This document shows, piece after piece, positions 30,746 through 42,914 of a stretch of 64,000 nt of DNA (position 1 is its first letter; every line of letters begins with the position of its first letter). The stretch is from the human T2T-CHM13v2.0 reference genome, Homo sapiens. The notes below the pieces were generated by a model that was given only the letters and a program-made list of their open reading frames with translations, searched no databases and had not been told where the DNA came from. The DNA is taken from NCBI RefSeq assembly GCF_009914755.1, contig NC_060936.1; one strand, written 5' to 3'. The position numbers and the translations under genes were made by a program.

Positions 30746-31354
30746 GTAAACTCCAATTTTAATCAAGAAAGCTACGTGCACAGTATTGGTTAAGGTATTT
30801 TAACATAAAGGAAGTCTGGCTCATCTATAAAGACATGAAAACCTTATGTCTATGTACAAACCAAAGAAATGACAATGTGGCAAACCCAATCAACGTGGTC
30901 CCTGCAGCCCAGCTGCTGGGTCTTAGCCATAGTGCAACAGCTGAGCTGGCTGCTTAACTCAAATACTCTGAGCACTTTGGCCAAGACATCGGCCAAGCTA
31001 GTTAGGCTGCTTATGTGTGTATGGTTTTACATAGCCTAAAAGAGACTGTAAAACCTCCCTGCTGAATTTTGGTTCCCCACTTATGACTTAGGCTCTTTAA
31101 TTATATTTTGTACTAGATAATGTTACTTTTCTACATATAATCTTTCCTTATATTAAGGGTACACATACACTGCAAAGTTCTAATAAGGAAGAAAAAGTCT
31201 ATTGTGAAACTGCAAAGAGCAAAAAATATCAGAAGCTATCATTACTATTGGTTTTTCTATAATTTTGTTTAAATTTCACTCTATTAAAAAATTACGTATC
31301 ACAGGAATTTACCAAAAATTCTTTTGGAGAACTAAACATTCATTAAAAATTTTA

Positions 31355-31667
<313 letters not shown>

Positions 31668-31895
31668 TTATTTACCTTAAAAGAAGGCTTAATGAATGTT
31701 CTCATCTAAATTAATATCAAAGTAGAAAAAAATTAATTCTAAGAGACATTGGAACAAGGTAATATGCCCTTAACCATTCATTTTTAGAATAATTCTGAAG
31801 CACTATTCAGCTCAACAAATGAGTTATTGAATGTCTGATATCTGCATGGCACTGTAATGGATTTAGCTTGCAACTTGATAAATAAAGGTACTTGA

Positions 31896-32198
31896 GGCTG
31901 GGTGTGGTGGCTGACGTCTGTAATCCCGGCACTTTGGGAGACCAAGGCAGGCAGATCACTTGAGTGCAGGAGTTCAAGGCTAGCCTGGGCAAGATAACAA
32001 AACCCCATCTCTACAAAAAATTATCCAAGTGTGGTAGCACGCACCTGTAGTCCCAGCTACTCAGAAGGCTGATATATGAGAATAGCTTAAACCCAGGAGG
32101 TGAAGATTGCAATGAGCTGAGATCGCACCACTGCACTCCCAGCCTGGACAACAGAGCCAGACCGTATCTCAAAAAAAAAAAAAAAAAAGAAAAAAAAA
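31896..32198 (+). mobile_element. AluJ
   Basis: Full dimer, diverged. Confidence 0.88.
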
Positions 32199-32741
32199 GA
32201 GGTACTTCGTGCCTTCAAGTAATTTATAATGTATAAGACTAGTATACAGAGGGAACATATAAACAAGGCAGGATGCAGGTATAAGAGAGCACTATAACAA
32301 TGCAGAAGCTGGATAGTGTGGTTTATGTATTCGTTATTGTCAATGTGTGTATCATGCTAGGATGGAGAACAGGACTTACCATATTACTTCACTTTTCTAA
32401 ATCAGATTAAATGTAACTCTGAGCTCTCCACTAGCTAGGGAGATTGAGAAATTCTCTGTTCTGTTTGGGGATTCAGATTCCAGAGTCAACAGGAATCTTT
32501 CTTGGTGCCCAGAAAATGGAGAGAAGGAAAGGCCTCTGGTCTTCAATCTACACTGGTGACTGCAGAGATGCCTGTCATTGTATTACACTTTATAAAAAAG
32601 TCACCCATAGAACAAGCAAAAGCAGTTCTTTTAGTTTGATGGTCAAACCCAGTATGGTTCACTCAAGGACAGGTGACTCTGAAACATCCCTGACAAGCGT
32701 GGACCTGGGGTCTTTCAGTCTTCAAGGCTGTAACTTGACTA

Positions 32742-32985
32742 TTATATTAGGGTTCTTCAGAGGAACAGCCAGTAGGAGAGGAAGCAAAGAAGAGAGACGG
32801 AAGGAAGGAAAGGGGAGGGAATGGAAAGGGAAAAGAGGAAAGAAAAAGAACAAAAAATCTAGAAAGAGATTAATTATAAGGTATTCATCATGGAATTATG
32901 GAAGCTGAGACATCCCATGATTTGCTGCCCACAAAACCTAGGAAGGCTGGAGGTGTAGTTGAAGGCCTGAGAGCCAGAGAGCTCA
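32742..32985. mobile_element. MLT2-like (ERVL) LTR fragment with purine-rich insert
   Basis: tattagggttcttcagaggaacag...aggtattcatcatggaattatggaagctgag. Confidence 0.6.
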
Positions 32986-33032
32986 GAGTGGTTCCTCCAC
33001 CCAAGCCTCCTAAGACTGTGTGCAAGTCCCTC

Positions 33033-33432
<400 letters not shown>

Positions 33433-34275
33433 TTAAGTTCAGAATCTGCATTTTAACAGGATCCCCAGTGATTTGTGTGCTCATTCATGTTGGAGAGGCC
33501 ATGCTCCAGACTCTCTCTGTCTTGTTCCTTGCTTAGCTATTATTTGGAGGCATTCTCTCTTAGCTGTCCCAGAGGAAAAACATCCTGATAAATGTATCCC
33601 CTCCCAGATATTGCTGATAATGACCTAGCCTAATGTCTAAATATAACTTAACCTGTTACTCCTAAAAGCCCTAACTCAAAGACTAACTCAATGTGGGATG
33701 TCTGGGTTCCTGAAAAAGGAATTTTTGAGAAAGGATGTTCCCTCTAATGCTTCTCAAACAATACCATAGAAAGCATTTTAGAGCAGTAGAAGATAAACTC
33801 AGAAAAAGATTATAAATAAAAAATGATTAAAGGGTATAAACAAGACCCAATGCTAAGAACCGTGTCTCTGAAGGAAATCAGTTCTCTTAACCCTAAATTG
33901 CTTTTGCAATTTCAGATAAAGGGCACAATTATAACATCTTAGGGACTGTATTGTGAAATTTTGTTTTCTGATCTTGTCCAGGAAATTAAGCATTTTTAGA
34001 GAGGAGAGCAAAGGTTTTAGTCAATCTATTACTGAACACTGACTACCTACCCATGTATTTTGTAAAGTACCATAGTTCCATAAAATTTAGACTTTAGAGT
34101 CTCAAAGTACGAAACTATAAAAGTATAAAACCCAAGCAAGTAAAGGAAGTATTATACCATAAAACTATGCTTATCACAAATACCCCAGCCTGTGTAGCTA
34201 AAGCTCAGAATTCTCACACAGATAGCTTGACACCCTGATGATAAAACTCTACTGCAATGCAAGCCTAGCCAGGTG

Positions 34276-34585
<310 letters not shown>

Positions 34586-35639
34586 TCTAGCCAGGTGATT
34601 TCTTATTGCAACCCACTCTTTCTTCCAAACCAATGAAAGTCCATGGGCTTCCAACTGGTTATTTCACACACAACAGTGCCTAATCTGCCTATATGACATG
34701 ATTTAATATTTTGTGGAAGGTTGGCCTAGAGATTGAGGATGTTAAGGAAGATTTGAAATATGAGTGAAAGTTACACAAAAGAACTAGTAGTAAAACTGAG
34801 AGCCTAAATCAAGATGTTCTTTCTCCTTTGGGAAAGGAATACAATTTAGTTAAACCATCAGATAAACATTTATGCATCCCTATTGTGCTATGGAAATGTA
34901 AGATGTTACCATAGGAGGAGGCCGTGTGAAGGGCATACAAGGGATTCTTTGTACTATTTTTGCAACTTCCTGTGTGTCTGTAATCATTTTAAAATACATA
35001 TTTTTTAAATGATGGATGTCTACTGGATGCCAGGCATTGAGGAGCACACTCAGTGCAGGCTTGGTCTGACACTCTATGACCTGGGCAAGGAGGCTGATCA
35101 ATACACAAATAACTGAACAAAGATAGTCTGCATTACAAGGTACAAAGTGCTCTGGTTGTGTGGGAGTAAGAGGGATCAAACTGGAAGAATCTGAGAGGTC
35201 ATTTTAGAGAAGGCAGAATTTAAGTGTGGAATCTGAGTGATGGGCAGTGTGCTAGGAATAATAAGGGATCGAGGGTACTCCCCAACAGGGAACAAATGAG
35301 AGTGGGTTTGGGGACAGCCAATGGGCCCACACAGCTGGAGCATGAGACTTAGGGAGGAGAATTGGGGAAGAGATATTAGGGAGGTAAGACTAGGAAGGTA
35401 GACCGGGCCCTCAAATGCCAAGTGAGGGAAGTTGGACTTTATCAAAGGCTTCTGAACAAGGGAATATTTTATTAGTTTTAGTAAATTTAGTACAATAATT
35501 TTTTTCATAATATTTAGAATGGACTGGAATGGCACAAAACCAACATGATATATAGAAACTGGACTGTTCCATATTGACAAAAGTACCCACTAAAGTCCTA
35601 TATTTAATACATGTAAGTTATTAGGTGGCATTTTGCAGT

Positions 35640-35880
35640 CGTTGGGAACATAAGCTCTGAAATCAGACTACACGGGCTTGAATCCTGGCTTTACCACTAT
35701 ACTAGCTGTGCAGCCATGGGTAAGTTTTTGAACCTCACTGTGCTTCAATTTCCTTATCCATAAAATGGGGATAACAATGGTCTACTTCATAGAGTGTTTG
35801 TGAGGAGTAAGTGAAATAACTCCTGATGTTTAGAACAGTGCTTGGCATAGGATAGAAACTCATAAATGTGAGCTACTATG
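35640..35880. mobile_element. MIR
   Basis: gaacctcactgtgcttcaatttccttatccataaaatggggataa core. Confidence 0.75.
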
Positions 35881-36138
35881 TTAATTCAAGATAAGGGGGA
35901 AACATTGTATATATCAATCACTATGTAACAAACCATGAAAATGGAGGGGAGCCATGATTCAAGAAATAAAATAATAGGAAATCTCTAATATACTTTTTTG
36001 ACATTAGAGTATGTTAGAGTGGGGTAAGGTAGAAGAAATAAACATGGCTTTAGTATGTCTTGAATTAATTTGAAATTTCCAAAAATTCAGCAAAGAAGCA
36101 CATGGGAAAATCAATTTAGAGCATGATGAGTAGTTTAA

Positions 36139-36466
<328 letters not shown>

Positions 36467-36679
36467 TACTTTCACTATTTTTAAATTATGACATTTCATA
36501 TTTGCAAAATATACAAATATGCCATCTATATCTATGTAGATATATAGTTATATAGATTGCATAAATAATAGTAAAATGAACATGTTACTACTACTCAGTT
36601 AAAAAACTGTGATTGAGACAGCTTGATGGCCCCCCGCAATACCCACTCTCTCACTTTTCAATAATAATAGAAATGTTTT

Positions 36680-36995
36680 GGCCGGTTGTGGTGGCTCACA
36701 CCTGTAGTCCCAGCATTTTAGGAGGTCAAAGCAGGAGGATCATTTGGGGTCAGGCATTTGAGACCAGCCTGGCCAACATGGCGAAACCCCATCTCTACTA
36801 AAAATACAAAAATTAGCTGGGTGTGGTGGCACATGCCTGTAGTCTCAGCTACTCAGGATGCTGAGGCAGGTGAATCACTTGAACCTGGGAAGAGGTTGCA
36901 GTGAGTTCAGATTGCGCCACTGCACTCCAGCCTGGGTGACAGAGCAAGAATCTGTCTCTAAATAGATAAATAAATAAATAAATAAACAAATAAAA
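36680..36995 (+). mobile_element. AluS with (TAAA)n tail
   Basis: Full dimer. Confidence 0.9.
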
Positions 36996-36999
36996 GAAA

Positions 37000-37375
37000 T
37001 TTTAGCTGGGCAGGTGGCTGTCTGGCTAAAGATTGCATTTGCAGGCTCTTTTACAGTTAGGCATAGCAGCCATGTGGCCAGGTTCTGGCCAATGGGATGA
37101 GAGCAGAAGTGATGTGTGCAACCTTTGATCATGGCCTTCAGAAGAAAGGAGCATAGCAGCCCCTTCTCTTTTTCCCCTTCCTATTGGTTGGGAGTCATGG
37201 CCAGCCATTTTTGATCACAAGGACAAGGGCAACATCTGAAAGGCGGCAGACTAATAAAATGGAAGAAGTCTGTGTCTCTGACACCATCGAACTGCCATGT
37301 AGCCCTACCATGCCTACCCAGACATCAATGTGGGAAAAATAAACCTCTATTCCATTTAGGTTGCTGTAGTTTGCC
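37000..37375. mobile_element. Old MLT1-family LTR
   Basis: catgtggccaggttctggccaatgggatgagagcagaagtg signature. Confidence 0.65.
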
Positions 37376-37599
37376 CAGCTGTATTCTAAAAAATTACCAA
37401 TACCTTTGAAACTTGCCATGTGCCCCTCTATAATTGCATTTACCTTCCTTTCTATCAGGAGTAACCACTATCAGGATTGTACTTATAATTCTTTTCCTTT
37501 TCTTCATAGCTTTGCCACATGGGAGCTGCAAAGTGCAGTCACATGTTTTTGAAGTTTACATAAGTAAAATAATACTGTGTGTATTTTGCCTATGGCCTG

Positions 37600-37979
37600 C
37601 TGTTATGGACAGAATGGTATCCTGCCCCTGCTCCACCCCCAATTCATATGTTGAAGCCGTAATCCTCCACAATGTGATGGTATTTGGAGATGGAGCCTTT
37701 AGGATATTGGATATCATGAGGGTGGGGCCTTCATGATGGGATTAGTGCCTTTATAAGGACTTTATAAGGAGACACCAGAGAGCTTCCTCTCTTTCTCTCT
37801 CTGTCTGCCATGTGAAGACATAGAAGGTGGCCATCTGCAAGCCAGGAAGAGAGTTCTCACTAAGAAACACACTTTGACTTTGGACTTCCCAGCCTCCAGA
37901 ACTGTGAGAAATAAATTCCTGTTGTTTAAACTATTCAGTCTACGGTATTTTGTCATGACAATCCAAGCTGACTAATACA
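37600..37979 (+). mobile_element. MLT1A-like MaLR solo LTR inside an old L1 fragment
   Basis: tgttatggacagaat...gactaataca termini; aataaa near 3' end. Confidence 0.8.
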
Positions 37980-38402
37980 TCTGCTTTTTTTTTTTCACTC
38001 AACATATGCTTGTGCAATTCATTCATGTTCATAAGTGTACCTATAGTTCATTAATTTTTTACTGCCATATTAAACTTGCTATATAATATTAAATTACTTG
38101 AAAATACCAGTTTATTTACCCATTCAATATTAGTGGACATATAAGTTATTTACAGCTTTTAGTTATTGTACAGACAAAGGTGTCATGAGTATTCTTATAC
38201 TTATCTCCTAGGATACATGTGCAAGAATTTCTTTAGGATCTGTTTCTGGATCAGAATTGTGGTGTCAGAGTACACACATCTTCAACTTCACCAGATCATG
38301 CCAGGTTGTTTTTCAAGTGGTTGTAACCATCTACTCTTCCTAGCAAACACTTCCACTTGGGTACGCCACATAATTAAGTTCTGGCCAATGAGATACATAA
38401 TA

Positions 38403-38756
38403 CAACAGTCCCCTTATCTCCAGAGACATATTCCAAGACCCACAACTGTTGCCTGAAACTATGGATAATGCCGAACCCTATATGTACTATATTGTTTCTA
38501 ATAACCAAGATGGCTAATAAATGAATAAAGGACAGGTGGCTTATATAGCAGGGATACACTGGACAAAGAGATGATGTAAGTCCTGAGTGGAGAAGAGTGG
38601 GACTGGGTGAGATTTCATCACGCTACTCAGAATGGCATGCAATTTAAAACTCACACTTTATTTCTGGAATTTTCTATTTAATATTTTTGGACTGTGGTTG
38701 ACTGTGGGTATCTAAAACTGCAGAAAAGTAAAACCAGGGACAAAGGGGGACTACTG
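38403..38756. mobile_element. MER44-like TcMar-Tigger MITE nested in an MLT1 LTR (~38335-39050)
   Basis: Inverted termini ...agtccccttatc / aaagggggactactg, TA on both flanks. Confidence 0.78.
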
Positions 38757-39629
38757 TATGGAGAAATGTTGTTTGGGAGTTTTGGAGAGGCACCCCAGTT
38801 TGCTCACCAGCCAGTGATATCTACTTTTTGTTTTTCCTCTCCTCTTCCTCCTTCCTGCTGCTTGAAACACAAATAAGATGACTGGAGCTTCACCAGCCAT
38901 TCTGAATCATGAGATGGCCTTATAGATACAAGTCAGAGAGGATATTGGAACAGAGAGACAGAAAAGCCTGAGTTCCTGATGACCATGGAAACATCGTACC
39001 AGTCTTGGGGTGCCAATTCTGTACTTCTTTTATGTGAGAGAGAAATAAATTCCTGTTGTCTAAGCTATTCAGTCTGTGGTATTTTGTTATGACAATCCAA
39101 GCTGACTAATACACCTGCTTCTTTTTTTTTTTCAGTCAACATATGCTTGTGCAATTCACTCATGTTCATAAGTGCACCCTGGAACATTACCATGTTCCAG
39201 GGCTTCTCCTATAGAAACAGAACATAGCCCAGTTGATTATTTTTTATTCTGATTGATTTTTAGGAGTTCTTTACATAATCTGGGTTCTACTCATTGTGGG
39301 TTTTGAGGGAAATACCTTTTCCCAGTTTATGGCTTGTCTTTTCATTCTCTTGATGACGTCTTTTGATGTACATTAAAAATTATCTTTAATACAGTGAAAT
39401 CGGCTAATCTAGAAAAGGATTTTTTCCTTGGACTGTTCATGGCATCAGTAAATTAAAAAGTAGTTACTGTCAAGTTCACTGCACATAAACCAGCATTGTT
39501 AAAAGTGGATCTCCATCATTCCATTTCTTTTCCTGCATTTGTCAGCATCGTTTTTCACACTAAAGATGAGGAGATCCATATTCCTAAGACATATACGCTT
39601 GGTCTGTAGAGACCCTCATTGCTCTAAGG

Positions 39630-39939
39630 CAGTGGTTGCCAGTTTTTTCCTTAAAGGGCCTAGTAGGACATAGTCCAGGCTTTGCCAGCCATATGGTCTG
39701 TCACAACTGAATTCTGCTGCCCTTGTAGCATGAAGGCAGCCAAACAATAGGTAAGGAATAAACATGGCTTTATTCGTGGCACTGAACTTTGAATTTCATA
39801 TAATTTCACATCACAAAATTGTATTCTTTTGATTTTTTCCAATCATTTAAAAATGTCAAAACCATACTTAGCTGGAGGGCTGTAGGAAAACAGGTGGTGG
39901 GCTGGGTCTGGCACACAGGCAGCAGTTCGTGGACCCCTG
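39630..39939. mobile_element. MER58-family hAT MITE
   Basis: cagtggttgccagtttttcc...taaagggcc and ...gacccctg termini. Confidence 0.75.
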
Positions 39940-40449
39940 TGCCAAGTGTTTGACGAAGCCCGTGAGGCAAACTGCACTTGCCGATAGAGGTTGCGCCACA
40001 CAAGTGTCTTGGAAGCAATTTCTGGCTTGTCCTAGGCCTTAGAAAGTGCGTGCAGATCAGAGCCATGAAGTGAAGAGCAAAGCAAGTGACAGGCCTGTCT
40101 CAGGTTGTGCAACAGAACGTGTTTATGACAGATGTCCCCTGTCCAAGTGAGTGCACTGTGAGATAAGGGGCCGGTGACCTACCAATGCGTGTGGCAAGCC
40201 AGCCTGTTCCCCCTTGCAGGGGGAGGACACTCCTGCCCTTTATTCCAGGGAAGAGTATGTGTAAAAATATTCACCCTTGTTGGTATCAAATGCGCTGAAG
40301 AAAATAGGTATCGGGGTTTCAGCCATTCGGTCTCCTTGTTAGTGTTTCTAAGCCCTGATTTTCAGTTTCAAAACCTTGGTCTCTGAATCCGCAGTGATGG
40401 GTCTCTAGAGCGAATACATGGCAGGGCCGCCTTCCTCCGTACAGAAAGG

Positions 40450-41750
40450 GAGAATTGTGCTTGTTTGTTTTACCAAGCAGGACAGATGGGGCCGTCACCC
40501 CCGTGACCCGAGCCCTGCAAAACTGTGTTCTCACACGAAAACCCCCAGGCTCTGCGGGCAGCGTGGTCCTGCAGTGGCTAACACTGGGCGACCGGAGTCG
40601 TGTTCCGACCCCTAGGAGAGGAACCGGCTCGGTCGTGGTGCAGCCCGCGAGGAGACGACCTCAGGGCGTAATCCGACGCCGTGGGTTAAGACATCAGACC
40701 TCAGGCGCAGTGCAGCCGGCCCCTGGGGAGTCAAGGACCTTGATCGCCGATAACAAGTTGCCGTTGGCGGGCGCCGAGGGTGACCCGCGAGCGCGGCACC
40801 CGCCTCCCCGCCCCTAGCAGGACCCCGTCCGCCCCGCCCCCAGCCGGACCCCTCCCCGAGGCCCCGCCCCACCCGCGAGCCGCAGCCGCGGCCCCACAGC
40901 TTCTGGGGCTGGGGCCCCGGCAGCCGGGCAGGCCGGCCTGACCTCGACCTCCGCCGTGCGGGCCCGACCGGTGAGTCCAGCCCGGCAGTCGCAGGACCCG
41001 GCCGCCAGCCTCTCCCTCCACCTCTCCCTGCCCCCAGCGCCAGGCGCGGGCTGCGCTCGGTGGCGGCGGCGGGGCCCTCAGGCGGCCATGGCGGCAGGCG
41101 CCGGGGCCGGGTCCGCGCCGCGCTGGCTGAGGGCGCTGAGCGAGCCGCTGAGCGCGGCGCAGCTGCGGCGACTGGAGGAGCACCGCTACAGCGCGGCGGG
41201 CGTCTCGCTGCTCGAGCCGCCGCTGCAGCTCTACTGGACCTGGCTGCTCCAGTGGATCCCGCTCTGGATGGCCCCCAACTCCATCACCCTGCTGGGGCTC
41301 GCCGTCAACGTGGTCACCACGCTCGTGCTCATCTCCTACTGTCCCACGGCCACCGAAGAGGTAGGGCTGGCCGATCGCCCGAGCCGGGCCCCAGATGCGC
41401 TGCGGGCGGGTCGCTGGAGGCGCCGGGGGAAGGGCGGACCCACGCGCGGCTGAGCCTCTCCCGGGCCCCGGAGGGGCGGACTGGCCACTGCCCCGGGCGG
41501 TGTCCGCCCTGGGCCGCCTGGAGACTGTCACGCCACTATCCCAATCCCGTGACCATCCCAAGCCTCCCCTGGGCAGCGGAGGGGCTGTTAAGGTCACTGC
41601 CCCAGGTCCTATGTCCGCGCAGATCCTCCCCACGGCCGCGGACGGGCCGGAGGGCGCCTGCCCAGCCGCTATCCCATGCGGCGCCAACCTGTGAGACGGA
41701 CCCGCGGTCGGGTGCCTTGCACACTGGGGACTGAACACCCCCATCTCCGT
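40450..41750. promoter_or_regulatory. CHPT1: CpG island / TATA-less CHPT1 promoter with GC boxes
   Basis: Very high GC and CpG density; repeated ccccgccc (Sp/KLF) at 40797-40875. Confidence 0.92.
41088..41360 (+). CDS. CHPT1: CHPT1 exon 1 coding part ([35 protein letters not shown]...[12 protein letters not shown]...YCPTATEE)
   Basis: Kozak gccATGg; 91 codons; gag|gtaggg donor; APNxIT motif of the CPT/CEPT family. Confidence 0.97.
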
Positions 41751-42310
41751 CCTGCCTGGCACAGGGACTTGTGCCAAGCCCGAGACGCCCTTTGAATACT
41801 TTCGTAACCGTTCGTTTCTGGAAGGTTGAGCTAGTGATCTTGAAATGACCGGTAGCACTGATCAAAGATGAGTTAAGAGGTAACTTCCTCTTTGCTTCAT
41901 CGACTTTTTCAAGAAAAACAAACTGGAATGTTATCAAGGCAATAATTTTTTTGTCATCACAACCTAGGGATTAAAAAAACCCCAACATTTTATTAGCAAT
42001 AATTACATTTGACCTTTGTACAAAATAAGGAGTAAATATAGGCTTTGGATAGCTGTTCATCAGAAGCACCCTTTGGGCTGAGTGTGGAGGGATAGGGGGC
42101 AGAGTGGAGTTCACTCCCATCTATAGTTTATACTACGTGGGATAAATATTACATTGCACATTCTGTGACATTACTTTCTATTCTCTGCTCCAAATAGTGA
42201 AGTCCCTTTATAATCATTTGAGTGTAGGCCTTGTGGAGGACTCATGGAGGTTGAGGTTGGATTAACAGAAATACAGTGGTAATATTTCATGCCCTCCATG
42301 CATGCATCCA

Positions 42311-42914
<604 letters not shown>

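Noticed and set aside
30305-30756. Two minus-strand ORFs
   Set aside because: L1PA ORF2 C-terminus and 3' UTR of a truncated insertion.
32444-32908. 154-aa ORF with Lys/Arg-rich tail
   Set aside because: TTG start; runs through an LTR fragment and a purine-rich simple repeat; no splice or homology support.
39181-39198. GGAACA...TGTTCC as an androgen/glucocorticoid response element
   Set aside because: Spacer is 6 nt rather than 3; better explained as part of the junction hairpin.
40731-41858. 375-aa antisense ORF and other long ORFs over the CpG island (41060-41734, 40455-40817)
   Set aside because: Low-complexity Arg/Gly/Pro/Ala translations expected from stop-poor GC-rich DNA overlapping CHPT1 exon 1; no recognisable domain.
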